The position numbers and the translations under genes were made by a program. The notes beneath the pieces are model-generated. The model was not told the origin of the DNA. It did not search any database and saw only the letters and a list, made by a program, of their open reading frames with translations. This document shows positions 32,640-48,335 of a DNA stretch of 64,000 nt, piece after piece. The DNA is taken from assembly GCF_009914755.1 (NCBI RefSeq), contig NC_060935.1. One strand, 5' to 3'. Every line of letters starts with the position of its first letter. Position 1 is the stretch's first letter. The DNA comes from the human T2T-CHM13v2.0 reference genome, Homo sapiens.

Positions 32640-33720
32640 AATTTTATTTGCTAATTTTATTTGCTATATTGACACCGGGGAAACACATTAAGAATGATGG
32701 CTAACTTCTCAATGAAATCACAAAATCTGGAAGAAAATGAAATGACATTTTTTAAGAAAAAAATAAGAATGAAGCAAGCAAACAAAAGAAAACCTGCCAA
32801 TATCAAATGCTATACTCAGTGAAAATATCTTTTAAAAATAAAAGGTGAAATGAAAATGTTCTAAGAAAAATATACACTAATACAACTTCCTGGCAGTATA
32901 TCTGCGTATACAAGAAATACTAAAGAAATTTCCTCGGGCTGAAAGAATTATAGATGGGAGCATGGAAGTACAAGAAGGAATGAAGAACAATAGCCTCAAT
33001 AAATATAAAACTATTGATCACCTATGATAATCATAACACAGTCCTGTGGTATACAGAGTACATATAAAAGTAAACTATATGGCAATTGCAAAAAAAATTC
33101 TGAAGGGGTATATAGATTTAAATATTTGCAAGCTTCTTGAATGTGATAAGAACCAACTTAAAATATTCTATATTAAACTAAGGACTCAGTTGGTAATTTC
33201 TGTTGAAAACTCCAAATAAATTATACAAAGAGATGAAACAAAAATGTTAAGAGAAAGGGAATAATAAAAATTATTGATTAATACAAAACAGCAGAAAAGA
33301 CAGAGGAATAAATAGCTAAATAACAAATTGGACAAAAAGAAAACAAGTAGTAAATGAGAGATACAGTAAGGTAATAAAAAAGCCAAACTTCTGTTTTGTC
33401 AATTTTACAATTTATATAGCTGACAAAGGACTCATGTCCATACTATATGAGGAATTTTTCCAATAGATATTAAAAAGATAATAAACTCAAAGAAATGTTC
33501 AAAAGTCTTGAACAGACACAAAAGAGGATACCAGCTTTCCAAAAACATGAAAAGGATCTTAACTTTGAAATACATCATGAAAAAGCCAATTGAAATCACC
33601 GTATGATAGAACTACACACTCACAGATTGTCAAATACAGAAGAAAAAACCAGGTATTAACAAGGGTGTGGAAAAACTTAAACTCTCATACATGATAGGGA
33701 AGAAATGTTCAATTGATATT
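32640..33720 (+). mobile_element. Ancient L1M ORF1/ORF2 remnants
   Basis: A-rich, with L1-like motifs such as gctgacaaaggactcatgtcca and aaagtcttgaacagacac. Confidence 0.6.
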
Positions 33721-36256
33721 GGATTACATAAGAAACTAGGGTCAAAAGTAGTGGGTAGTGAATATTTGAGTACCTTTTATTGCACTTCATAGTAAGACAT
33801 AAATCTAATAATTATTTTCCTTGTATCTTTGAACTATATATTGACTATTATATAATGCAGATTTGATGGTGATTTTTAATCTGTTATATTTAATTTATTT
33901 AGCATGTTGGCTAAACTCTAGACAAATCTGAGTTCAATTTTAAGTTCCAATGTTTAATAGTCATATGACTGGAGGAACTTATTTTGTCTCTCTAAATCAT
34001 GCTTTTGTTATATTTAAAATGAGGATAATATTATACATCTCTCATTAAGAAGAATAACAGAGGCAGTACATATAAAGTGTCCATGCCTATGTACCAAATG
34101 ACATCTGTTGTCAGACGAGATTCCAAGGGGGGGGATGGACTAAGTGGTGCTTTCCATGACTGCAGTAAAGAACAGATTCTGAGCAGAGATCACACCAAGG
34201 TGCTCACATGAGAGATAGAGAGCTACAGCAGCAAGGTCAAGGGAGGATTTTACAGAACGGTTTCCATAGAAATAATATTTTCATGGAAATCAAGTAAAGT
34301 TTTCAAGGCTGTATTTAAGCAGGACTTCCAGGAAATAAAGAGTCAGAGAAACAAATAACTATTTTCAAGAGGAGGCATTTCAGACCAAAAAACAGTGGGA
34401 AAAGAAGAAATTAATAAAGAAAGAGGGTGCAGGCCAACTGGAAAAATTCCCTTAAATATACCGGTTAGTGTTGTCACTAATTCCTCATAAAGAGGAACTA
34501 AAGATGAAATCAGAGCTACTGCTTACCTTTCAGAACTCCTTCAATGAAGCTACACATAGTAATAATTATACAAACATAGAATAGACCACAGAAGGACATA
34601 TGATCCCCAAATCTCAAGAGAGAAAAGAAATCTGTTTTCTTCAGAAACTAGATAGAACTGTTAAAATATGACATTAGCTACAAATTTGAAATTGTGAGCC
34701 ATAAGTGACAGTGCTATTGTTTCTCACGTATTTTGCCATAAAAAATGAAAGCAAAGGAAATGCGTAAGCATTTGAGGATTTGGTCAGAGTTACAAGGATC
34801 TGAAGTGGGAGAGAAGCAAACATACTCTCACACTATGTTGCAATGATTTCTGGATTTCATTGATGGGTGTATTATCCCACACTCCAGCATTCCTCCCTTC
34901 CCCTTCTACCCAAATAGGAACTGATATGAGATTGCTGGGTTCTTGTTTTATGAAGCAATTACATTTAAAAACAATCACAAACCACCATTGACTATCTCCA
35001 TCATTTCCCAAAAGAACAATCTGATACCAGAAACACAGGATGAACATGACCTCAGAGGGGGAAATCTTTATGAATAGCTCACTAAATTGTTTCTGTTTTT
35101 ATCATTTTATTGCTGGTATGTGACAACCTCTTTGTGGACTAGAATTGGGTAATGGACCAGGATTTCAAGCCCACTGCCCCACTGAATTCTGGTGTTCCAG
35201 CACCATGGGTAAAGGCATCTATACCACCAACTAACAAAAACTTATCAGAGCAAGTATTTACTCTAGTAAGATTTTAGATAATTTATTACTATTTATATCA
35301 TTCAAAAATTTGAACAATGTTTCATGTTCAATTTGCATTTTCCTGCAATGCAAATGCATATGGGTTTCTTATAACACAATGTAGGATAAGTCAGTTCCAA
35401 AAAAAAATCCTTTGTCAATTTTTACAAACTTTAACCTTTGCAGGCACAGATATTTGATAGACAGATGATATAGATAGATAAAGTATATGCTGGCTCTACC
35501 TGGTTATTAGAATCAAGATTCTTTTTGGACATGTTACAAATAATATTAACCCAAGCTCTTATTTTAAACACTTAGTTATCATATCACTTATAATTTTCAA
35601 TTGCAATTTTTGTTGGCATTACTATCTCCCTTCCAAGATAGTAAACCTTTGAGGGCAGGAACTAGCTTTCTCCATCTTGGTATCCTTACAACTAAAGCAA
35701 AATTTGGTACATTCTTAGCATCTTATAAGTATTTGTTGAATGCTTGAATGAATGGCTCTACATAGGTTACGTTTCCTGAAACATCACAATTTTATATAGC
35801 AAATCCCTGGTACTATTTTATGGTTTATTGATGGAAGTAGCAACTCGATCTGTCCTTCAACACTCATGTATTCATTCTTTGTACATATATGAAACCGTTA
35901 CTATGTGCTTCCACTGTGCTAACTACTCTGGATAATAGAAATGAGCAGAATGCAGTCACTGCATTCAAGGATGTCAGAAATAGTTCCATTCTGGAGCTCA
36001 TGTGATGTTTTTAGCACAATGCCTTATGGAAATACATTCAATTTTTTGAATGATACAAATAGAAATGATCTAATCACATAAAATATCACTAAATACTTGC
36101 TCTGATATGTTTTTCCTAATGAGACTAAAACCTGTTTATCACCATAAGTGGCAATATCCACTCTACTTATGTAAGAGTCCTCCCTTGTAACATATTACAG
36201 CCACTATCCCCATGACATGGTTTACTTAAATTGGAACCTTAGCCTTATGCATTTTA

Positions 36257-36616
<360 letters not shown>

Positions 36617-39475
36617 TCAGGCCCCATGATGGTCCTATATTACACCGACATGATTATTGATATAGAAGCTTGTTAGAATAAAAAGTGCAATAACACCATG
36701 GAAATTTTGGGCCTAAGAGTGCTAAAAGGCACTAACCTCACTTACCTTAAACTGCAGAAAATAACCTGGAGATTCTGGCACAATTTTACTGGCTGCAAAA
36801 TATAGTATATACATGGAAGCTGCATAATATCATCATTCACATTTTTAATGGACATTTAATAGCCAGGTAAAGTTAACTTTAAATACATTATTTTCTTTGG
36901 CTTTATAATAATAATTATAATGATCATAAAATAAGAATTAAAAATATTCTCCAACATACCTAATATTAATTTAATCATCCTGTGACACAACATTTTTGAT
37001 CAAATTTTACAAATGAATAATAGGTTTAAAAAACCGTTTGCCGATTATGGTTACTCTATTAAATGTTGATTTGCCAAGCCTCGAACTGAAATCTTTGTAG
37101 TCCATAGTCCATACACTATTTTCTATCCCATGGAATCTCTAAAATACATTAAAAATGTACATCTGAAATCACATTTTATATTAGAGTGCCCAAAAGAACT
37201 TCTGAACAATGTGCCATCAAAAGTGGTGAAGGGATCATACTCCTCAACATAACTATCATTCTATGCACTGCTCACTCAAAGTTATTTAGGAATTTTAAGA
37301 TAAAAGTTTTTGAAATCAGAGGGCTCATAATATAATGCTAGAGGAGAGTATAACAGAATAAGAAAAAGTAAAGTCTTCTACAATGATTTGGAAAATACAT
37401 GAAACATTGTATTGGAAATAAAAATAAAAGGCATGAAAAGATGTTTGTATACAATTTGGGTACACCCTAGGGCATCTAAGGAAGAAGGAAAGTGACTTGT
37501 CCCTCTTCACTGCCATTGGTATATACACAGTTTGTGCTGTATGTCTGCTGGAACCCAGTGGTACTGTCTTTCCCTGGAAGAAGTGCAAGTGCTTGTAAAG
37601 GAAGTATGGGGAAAGGGAAAATTTGACTAAATTACAAGTAACCTCAAAGAGAGAAGAGAAGGAATATAGAGAGATTTAAGGGGAAGAACAGACTAGAGCC
37701 TCCTAAATGCAAAGCAGGAAAAAGTGTTAGGAGGTGAGCTGGGAGTAGGGGCAGTGGGTAGTGGGGAGAGGACGTGGGAAGAGATTTACACTACCAATCA
37801 CTGCTTACCTCGGTGATATTCAAATATTTCCATTTAACAGAATGTTAATTTATTTTTACTTTCCTTTCAATGCATTTTTGCCCTTAACATTTTTTTTTCT
37901 ATGCAGAAAGCATGGTCCAATATTTTGCATAAAAAATCAGTGCCGAGAAAGTATTATGTAAGTAATTAATTTAAATTATACAGAAAGCATGCACTTTTTT
38001 CAGTATGCAGTGCTGTGCCAACTTTGATATAAATATTGATAATTGGGAGTTATTCCAAATGTCATATATTACTTATTAAGATATCATAAGGGCTTGAGAT
38101 GACTTGAGATATTAGCTAGGGCATCAGTGGGTGGAGAGAAGGGAAAAAATAAACAGAAAGAACACTGTTTTTCTTTAAGTCCTCCATGACAAAAAGATAT
38201 TAAAAATTACCTATAGTGAAATTTCAAAAACTTTTGTGGCAGATCAAGACAAAAATATAGTAATGTAGTATGTTTTGTCCCAATGTTGAATTTGGTTACT
38301 TCACACATTATCTTCCCTCAAGTTTCCCATTTTCAGCTCCAGAAGATTTTATTTAAACCTGACAAGTTGAAATGAAGTGGGCTTGTTTGCCTCATTTTCT
38401 CCTCTGTTTTGGAGGGTTTATTATATCACTGAGATGAGAGTGTGGGTCTCATTGGCACTCGAGGAGCAGCATGGGCGTGTTGCAAATGGGACAGGAAGCT
38501 CTGTTTGTTCAAGCAGAGACCCATTCTCCAAGGAAGTGGGAATTTAAATTGCTCCTTTTGTTAACATTAGCTCGCTCTTATGTAACACTATGATTATGAA
38601 TATTACATAAGAAATGTAAGATTATAATGGCTCCAATTTACCCTTCACAGTTCATTCATTGAATTTAACAGGGATTGTAAAAAGTTTGTCTTGATAAACT
38701 TTTTTGCAGGTGATATTTCCATAAAAGAAAACTGTCAGGATGAGAGTGATAATTTACTGATCTCTCATCATGTACTTTCTCTGTTTTTTTTTTTTTTGAG
38801 GTATATATCTTTTCTGTAAGTTTAATAACTTAGAAAACTATGATGTTTTATTATTAGCCTTATAAGTTAGAGTTGTGAGTTTAAAATAATTTTTGTTTCA
38901 GATGTTTCCAATTAACAGCACAATATAAATCATAAAGGAGATAGTGTGTAAACAGAAAATCCCAATATCTATGTGACAAAACAGGGTCATTCTATTTAAA
39001 TTTTTGGATAATATCTGCTATGTTAATCCCAAAAAAGACAACACTGGCTAAATTAGAGGGTGCTGTATTGACTTTAGCTTATTAAACATTAACATTTTTA
39101 TATAAATATGCTTTTAAGATTTGCATTAAGATGATAGGGCATCTTTAAGTATGATGCAATAAATTCAGCAGTAAAATGAAATGCTAAGAAAAAACCTTTC
39201 TGCCACCTAATGCTTTCTATTACTTTGATAGAGTGGACCTTCAATATTCTTGTACTACTTTAATTTTTTGGGTGACACGTATTTTACCAAAGCAAGAGAA
39301 AACAAACGGATAAAGATGGGGAAGGAAACTAACATTTGCTAAAAGTCTACCACATTTAAGGCACTTTACTAGATTTATTATTTATCCATCCATCCAATTT
39401 CTCCCTCTTCTCACTGGTGGGCATTTTGCCCAACTCCTCATAATCCATTTTATTCTTTTCCGTTGTTTGGATTTA

Positions 39476-40425
39476 CAGTTGATCATCATTATTTACAGAT
39501 TCTGCATTTACAAATTTAGCTACTTGCTGAAGTTTATTTGCAATACCAGAATCAATATTGGTGGCATTTTTGCAGTCATTCATGGGCATGCAGAGAGTGG
39601 TACACATTTGAGACTACTGAAGTTCATGTCCCCATCTGAGGTTGAAAAAGGTGACTCTGCTTTCTTGTTTCAGTTTTCATACTACAAACTTACAGTATCT
39701 ATTTAGCGCCATCTTTTGCATGTTCGTGTTTTTTATTGGTGATTTCAGTGTTTAACTTGGCCTCCAAGAATAAAGCTGATGTGTTATCTAGTGTTTCTAA
39801 GCACAAGATGGCTGTAATATACATAGAAAATACAGTCAGCCCTTCATAACTGTGGGTTCCATATTCACAGATTTCATCAATAATTAATTGAAAATATTTG
39901 GAAAAATAATAATACAAATAAAAAACAAGACAGTATAATGACTATTTATATAACATGTATGTTATATTAGGGATAATAATCTAGAGATGGTTTAAAGTAT
40001 AATGGAGGATGTGTACAGGTTACATGTGAAAACTAAGCTACCTGGTATAAGAGACCTGAGCATCTTTAGATTTTGGTATTGGTGGGGTGAGAGGAGGAAG
40101 TGTCCTGGAGCCAATGCTCTGCAAATATCAAGGGACTAGGGATAACTGTATATAGACAATACATATGTTAAATAAGTTGCATGAATAAAGTGCTGTTGCT
40201 GCAAGTTCAATGTTAGTGAGTCAACAATTTATATTAACTAAGATGTCTTTAAACAAGAACACACATAAAACAAGGTTATGTTTTGACTAGTTGATGAACA
40301 CGTTGTGACTAAAGGCTCACAGCAACCTAAGCTTGTATTTCCTCCAGGAGTAATGGTCATTATTCACTAATTTACTGTTTGCTGCATGTTTATAGAACAT
40401 TACTGTGAATGATAAGAATTGGCTG
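39476..40425. mobile_element. MER82-like Tigger-family element containing a nested MER2B
   Basis: TA|cagttgatcatcattatttacagattc ... gaatgataagaattggctg|TA, i.e. inverted termini with TA TSD. Confidence 0.8.
39833..40148. mobile_element. MER2B-like MITE
   Basis: TA|cagtcagcccttcataactgtgggttcc...gggataactg|TA, with MER2 core aatctagagatggtttaaagtata. Confidence 0.8.
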
Positions 40426-41111
40426 TAATTACATATAGTCTTAATCTGGATGTTGTTTTAGTCAGGTTTGTAGCCTTTCTTTGGCTGTGGAATCAGAGTA
40501 ACTTGGACATTTAAAATAGAAAAATCATTCTTAACTTACTTAGCTTGGCTTAACTAAAGGAGGATTCTTTATACATATGTACTGGATTCTCAAAACACCT
40601 CACTAGCAGATACTTAGATCCTTTAAATATTCCCTGCAGACATCTTAAGGACATGCTAATCTACAGAGAATTTACTTTCACTTTCTTCCCAAGATTGCAT
40701 TACCAAAAATATACTCTCTTTCTCTACAATCTACTCTTCCCCTTTCTCCTTTCAACTCTAATTCCTATGATTTCTCATAAAGAGAAACTCATGAAAGCTT
40801 AATTTTTCTTTCTTTTCAACAGACAGTTCTTGTTTAAAACAAAATTGACTCTTGAATTACCCTGCTATTTTTTTTCCTAGGTCTCTATAACCTTCCTTCT
40901 TTTCTTCAACATTTATTAAATATCTACCCATCTTAGACTAAATTATTTTGTCACAATCAATAGTCCCAGTATCTCACTGGTATAGAACAGAAGTTTATTT
41001 CAGCCTTTATATTCACTGCAGATGGCCTATAACTCTGTTCTATGTCATCTTCATTTTGAGTTTGAAGTCTAAAAGAATAGTCTGTTTCTGGGACATACCA
41101 ATCTTGTAGAG

Positions 41112-41385
41112 CAGGAGTCCCCAAACCCCAGGTTTCAGACCAGTACCTGTCCGTGTCCTGTTCGGAACCTGGCTGCACAGCAGGAGGTGAGCCCTGGGTG
41201 AGTGAGCATTACCTCCTGAGCTCTGTCACCTGTTAGATCTAATGCAGAGGCATTAGATTCTCATAGGATGGTGAATCCTATCGTGAACTGTACACGTGAG
41301 GGAGCTAGGTCGTGCGCTTCTTATGAGATGGAACAGTTTCATCCATGAAACCAGTCCCTGGTGCCAAAAACGTTGGGGACCGCTG
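41112..41385. mobile_element. MER1B-like hAT-Charlie MITE inserted in an old MLT1 LTR (~40960-41590)
   Basis: TIRs caggagtccccaa / ttggggaccgctg. 8-bp TSD ttgtagag (41104-41111) / ttgtagaa (41386-41393). Confidence 0.9.
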
Positions 41386-41619
41386 TTGTAGAAGGAAAAA
41401 CAGATGATAGGGGAATCATACAATGGTTCTTAAGATTCTGCTTAAAAGTGGCACATGTTATTTCTGCTCACGTTTCACTGACTGAACAAATCACATGGCT
41501 AAACCTGACCTGAATGGGACAGGCATCCATGGTTTTTCCCACGGAGAGGAGCAGTGTATATTTTGAAGAAAATGCAATTGACAGCATCACTGTGTGTTGA
41601 AATTGTATTGAAACTGAGA

Positions 41620-42430
41620 AAAAACATGAGTTAAATAGGGTTTAGAGACTCTGCTCCAGCAGTTCACAAGTCTAGTGGAGGGATGAGAAAGGAGGACAGA
41701 TATAAATAAGTAACCACATACAAATGATTATTATGGGCATGTCCTAAATGCAGTGGGAGAGCAGATCAATAAATAATTGACCAACACTTCTTAGGGAGAT
41801 AAGAGTTGAACTAAGTTTGAAAAGTATGGATAATAGAGTGATACCAGCATTTTGAAATATTGTTTTCTATATATTGAAAAAAATTGTTAATCAAGGAATA
41901 GTGAATATGGAGCATTGCAGCTATGTAGGGTGCACAGGTCAGAGAAGTAATGAGAGGGTGAGCTGAAGAGAATCAGTTGTGAGTGTTCTTTTGTGCCATC
42001 CTAAAGATTTCCAACTTTGTCATACAGGTAGTGGGGAACCAGTGATGGCTTTTAAAGTGGGAAATGATACAAAGACATGATGAGAAGTAGAGGAACTCTG
42101 CTAAAAGCTTACATGACAGATTAGAGCTGTCGGAGATGAAGGTTAGGGAATCAAGTTAGAAAATATGTTGCAATGGTCAAGGAAACCAATGGAGAATTGA
42201 ATTAAGGGAGTGGCAGTAAGAATGAAGAGCCATATTTATAAGGAATCTTAATGTAGAACCTCCAAACTTGTGGGGCATAGAAGGTAAAGGAGCATTTTTA
42301 ATGATTCGTGGGAGGAGAATAACAACATTGCATGTAGCTCCATGTCCTAGGCTGGACAGTATTGGAAAAGAACAGGTTTTTTGTGAAAAAGGAAGAAAAT
42401 GAATATGAGTTGGGATCTGTGATGTTCAGA
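41620..42430 (-). mobile_element. L2 fragment
   Basis: Diverged L2 motifs such as aggtagtggggaaccagtgatggcttttaaagtgggaaatgat. Confidence 0.55.
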
Positions 42431-44847
42431 TTTATCTTTATACGATCTCTCACGTTTCTTTTTCTCCTGGATTTCTACATATTCTCTCCATATGCAACTG
42501 GCTTGAATGTTAAAAATGCAAGTTAACAATGTTCGTACCTGTGGTTCCAGTATGATATTAACCTACTCTGTTGTATTATTGTATGTATGTTTTTGTTTGC
42601 TGTGCAATAGCTGTTGGCATTCAAAAATATGAGAGAAAAATGGTAATTATACATCTGTAAAGATTTATACCTTACACCATTGTATGCTTATACTAAAAGT
42701 ATTTTAACTTTATAATTATTTCTATCATTCATTATATTAAATTTATGAAATATAAAGCAGACCAATAGTTATAGTTATAAAATAATTATGATAGGACTTA
42801 ACAACCAATAGGCAGAATATCACAATCTATTTTTGCTAGAATGTGAAACCTCCTGAGTGCTATATGCTAACAGGAATATATAAAAATAAATCTTAGACAA
42901 TTATGAAGATAAAAGTCTAAGGATTATGGAATGTTAGGGCAGCGATGCCAAATAATTTAAAAATCTATCTCCCTTAATGAAATCTAAATCCATAAAATGC
43001 AGACAATATAATTTTTTCTTTCTTTCTTCATTTCCTATCCATATATGTTATAAGTTATTGCTATGGAAAACAGAAAAATACACGTAGCCCTGAAAATTGC
43101 ATTGAGTGATCCTTTAGTAACAGTCTCAATGTTTTATTCATTTCAATTTATTAATTCACTAAACATTTGAATGCCTCCTCTGTGCCAGACACTGGTAGGT
43201 TCCAGGCCATGCCCTCAAGGAGTCAACAGTCCATTAGGCATGACCTGCCTGAATGGGCATTGCCAGCTTCCAGTCCATTGGGTTTTTCTCACTTATCCTT
43301 CAAATTAAACATTCCCTTTCCTTTTTACTCAATCTTTCCATAAACAGTAGAAATCATTAGATTTCCAGTCACTGAATTATCATTTACTGAAAATCACATT
43401 CCTTTCTTGCCTCCCTAAGATTATTCTCTGATCACCTCAATTAGTATTCTGGATATTTCCAAGTTCTTACTTCTTACATTTATAATCTCTTGATTTATTT
43501 ATATGGAAGACTAATTATATACAATGGGCATGGATTTTCACTAGTTGAACTCTCAAATGGCAACATGGTTATTTATTAATACTACAACTCCATGGAGATT
43601 TTAGGAAGGCATCCCATGGTGCTACCTGCCATAGGCAAACAACATAAGTACATTCTGTACCCAAAGGAGCAATACCAATCTAAAAATGTTGGAATCTGAA
43701 TGAATATTCCTAGAAGTTAGTGGTCATTAAACTTGTGTCAGGAAATATAACTATGTGTGGGGCATGCTAGGGCCACACAGTTATTCTTGCCCACTGAAAT
43801 CATTAGTTATGCTTATCATGATGAAACTGGTACTGCTGAGACGAACCTCACACATCCTGTTGATCGGAGACATAGAACATTGATTCTTATTCCTTAGATA
43901 TGTTAATAGTTTCACACTCCTAAGCCTTTGGGTGTGCTATTCCCTCTGCACAGAGTGCCATTCTTTTAACTTCTCACATGTTTTCTGATTTGATAAAATG
44001 TAATTCATCAAGCAGACAGATTTAGCTTGAATGCAACTTATCAAAAAGCTCCTCTGGGCTTAATGGTTCCTTCTGCTCTGCTTCTAAAATACAGTGACAT
44101 TCATTGCTTTATTCACTGAACAAGTATTGTGTAACTAATATTCTAAATATGTGGATATAGTGGTGAACAAGGAAGGCAAGATTTCTGCTCTCATAGAGGT
44201 AACATGATGCTTTTAGTTTTGCAATTGTCATTGTATTAAAGATAGCTACATTTATTTTTGCTTCCCCAAAGTAGACTACAAATTTTATACTTTGCACATC
44301 TTTGTATCCTTAATGCTTATTATAATGCTCAGTACATACCAAATACTCAAGAAATGTTTAATATAACTTGTTTAAAAATTAGGTTTTAAAAGGAAAACTT
44401 CAAATAACACAGATTTCTTTTCAGATAACTACATCTACTCATTTGTTAATTGAGAAAATAACACTGTCAAATGTGCCTTATAAATGACTCTGAAAGGCTG
44501 AGTTGATTCCCCCGTGCAGAATGGTCCTCTTGTTATCTACCTGATGTTATTAAGGTTAATGAATGTATTCATTAGGCTGCATCTCAGTATTTTTTTTTTC
44601 AAAATCTGTTTGCAACCCACATAATTATTATGGAAACTGCTGTTCTACCCACGTGTAATCATCATCCTGCCAAATCTCTTACTAATAGATTTTAACAGAT
44701 ATTTTGGGATTTTAAAAAATTCTAATAGTGGGAGTCTACGGACTACTTGGCTGTTTTCACATAATATTGCTCCGTGCACCCCAGGAGGAGTAGGAAGTCT
44801 CAAATCTCTACACACTAGTGAAAAGCAAGGAAAAATATTGAGACTCT

Positions 44848-44970
44848 ATTTTATTTTATTTTATTTATTTTTTAGATACAGTCTCAGTATGTTGCCCAGG
44901 ATGGATTCAAACTCCTGGGCTCAGCCTCTGGAGTAGCTAGGACTACAGGCCTTTGCAACTGTGCCTGGCT
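44848..44970 (-). mobile_element. FLAM/AluJ monomer fragment
   Basis: (TTTTA)n tail followed by gtctcagtatgttgcccagg..caaactcctgggctca. Confidence 0.85.
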
Positions 44971-45566
44971 TTGAAATTTTAAATTAAGGTTCTTATGAAT
45001 ATACCCCAGCCAACACTAATGAATTAATTCCAAAAAGAATCAAAATTTAGAATTGTTCAGAAAAAGATAATGTTATCCACTGAAAATCAACTTATTTCTG
45101 AGGTGTATAAATCTCAATATTTCTCATTTCAAAGGATTCATAAAAAGTAAGTAGAGGTAGATTGGAGGAGTGATATCAGAACATTCAAAAGAAGGGAAAA
45201 AGTCAGGAACTTGAAATTTGCCACCTGTATATCATAAGATAATTTCCACTGTATGACTTTTTCTAAAGTTCTGCAGGCCTTAGAGATAATTATTAGCCCT
45301 AGTTTTTACATCTGAGGAAACTGGAGGATTAACTAGCCTTATAACTGAGGAAATCTGAGGGATTAAATAACCTACTCAAAACCCCATGACAAATGTAGAG
45401 GGGATATAAACTCAGATCTTGCTAATTCTAAAACTCCAGCACATTTCATACTTCATAAACCTGCTAAGTAATGACATACAGTAATGACAGCAGAGAACTG
45501 TGTCTTGATGAATTTTATTTAAGAGACATGTATTGGAAAACAGGGATCAGATTGTATATTGAAAAT

Positions 45567-46202
45567 GTGTAGGTAAGATTCTAAAATGGCATCCAAGATC
45601 TCTGATCTTTGGGGTATACACACCTCTCTTAGTTATTCAATCAAACACTCATCTAGATAAGTGCTTCTCTGGAAGGATTTTAAAGATGTATTTTAGGTTC
45701 CAAACAAGCTGACTTTAAAATAGGGATACTACCCTCTATAAATCTGATCTAACTAGGTGAGTCCTAAAAGGGACTGGTGATTTCTGATTTAAAAAAAAGA
45801 TTCAAATGAGGGGGACTTGACATGAGAGAGCTAGAGGAGAATCTCCGTTGTTGGCTTTCCTGATGGAGGGAGCTACAGGGAAAGGAATGCAGGTGGTCTC
45901 TCAGAAATGAGTATGGCCTCCAGCAAACAACCAGCACCAGAATGGAGACTCAAGCCTACACCCACAGACCACCAAATTCAGCCAAAAACTTGAATATATT
46001 TGGAAGCAGATTCTTCCAGAAAGCCTCCAAAAAGAAATGCAGTTCGCCAATACCCTGACTACAGCCTGTCTGACCCTGAGCAGAGAACCCAGTTGCCATA
46101 CCCAGACTCCTGACATCCAGAAAGCATGAAATAATACACGCATTTTTCTTTAAGCTTCTAATTTTGTTATAATTTGTTACACAGCAATATGAAGTTAATA
46201 CT
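45567..46202 (+). mobile_element. MLT1E-like MaLR solo LTR
   Basis: gattctaaaatggc..ccaagat..attcaatcaaacact..ttggaagcagattcttc..ccctgagcagagaacccag..gttacacagcaata. Confidence 0.8.
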
Positions 46203-47395
46203 CACTTCCCAACTCTATTCTGCATTTCTTCACTTGGAAGGCCAATGCCTGTTAATATTTGAAGAGATAAAATCTTAGGCGGTCTGACCTAATTCTGGGT
46301 GTGGTCAGTATAGACTGACTTACAAAGACGTGGGGATTACAGGAAATAACAGATAGTAAGAAAAACCTATTAGAATAGTTGGAATATCCATCCTGTCTTG
46401 ATTTTGGTCCTAGGATGGCAGGCATTATCTCCTCTGGTTTAATGTCTTGTGGCTCCAGGGATGCTTCCACGTCATATGCATGCTTTAAATAGGAGAGGCT
46501 GATAAATATCTTTATAAATAGATTGATTACATTGTGTGTTACCCAATCTTTTGTTTCTCTCATCATATTATAGCCATTTGGAGAAATGCAAAAATTGAGG
46601 CTATTGTATAAAATGTGCAACAATTTAGTAAGCAAAATGATCCATTTCAACAGAGAAAACACTTTGAATGAGCTATTGTATCCATAGCTTTATATAACCT
46701 TGTCTGTTTTTTCATGAAGTTTCCTTTCTTAGGATGATCTTCCAGTTTTCATGCTATAATCCCTTCTTCCACTGAATTGGACTAATTCCTTCTGTTAAGC
46801 TTGTAAATTTTTATCAGTGGGACTAGTGCTTAGAGTTTCCTGTTACATGACTGTGCTGGGATAACACCTTTTCAAAAATATTTCTCCTCTTCTTAATTGC
46901 CTCTTTTATGAAGGCCAAACAGCCTCTGAGAGCACAATCAAGGTGATTGCACGGTGCTAAGTGCAATATTAAATCAGTAATTTTTTTATTGAACACCTAA
47001 GCAATAAGACAGGCTTCAAGAGGATATCAATGAATATAAACCTCACCTCCCAGTTTGTTTTATTTCTTTTTATATCATAACAGGTCACTAGGGACTTCAT
47101 AATTTCAAATCTATATTTTCCTCATACTTTCCTCAAACTTCCTGCATTATTTAACATTACTGATTCATTTAGTAAAATCTAACAAGTAACATTGTACTTG
47201 CTAAGTTCTCTGCAGAGTGCTGCATATGAGGAATAAAGAGAAGAAAAATTATCATTCCCTTCAACCTTAGAGTCAGGTAAATGAAAAAAATTACTTGAAT
47301 GATAACTATGATAATGTATGTAGTGTTTTTTTCCTACCAAACATTGTCCTAAGCAATATATGCTTATGCCTATATTCTGCTAAATATTATATATA

Positions 47396-48060
<665 letters not shown>

Positions 48061-48287
48061 TATGTATGAAACTGAAGTACATAATTTTACATGTTCACAT
48101 TCCACATGAGGCAACTGTAGCTTGCAAAGCAAGCAAATTGCCCAGGGTTGCACAATATTTAAACCCACTCTATCTAAATCTAGACATTAAAACTGAACTA
48201 GAACAATGTATTAAATGTGATCTTTAATACAAATCTGTGTCCAAAGGTATATACATAAAAATGTAGATAGAAGAGATAATTTAATTT

Positions 48288-48291
<4 letters not shown>

Positions 48292-48334
<43 letters not shown>
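48292..48334. repeat. (AC)21 microsatellite
   Basis: Uninterrupted AC run. Confidence 0.97.

Positions 48335-48335
<1 letters not shown>

Noticed and set aside
32247-32704. Tyr/Ile-rich ORFs
   Set aside because: Translation artefacts of the TA-rich low-complexity tract.
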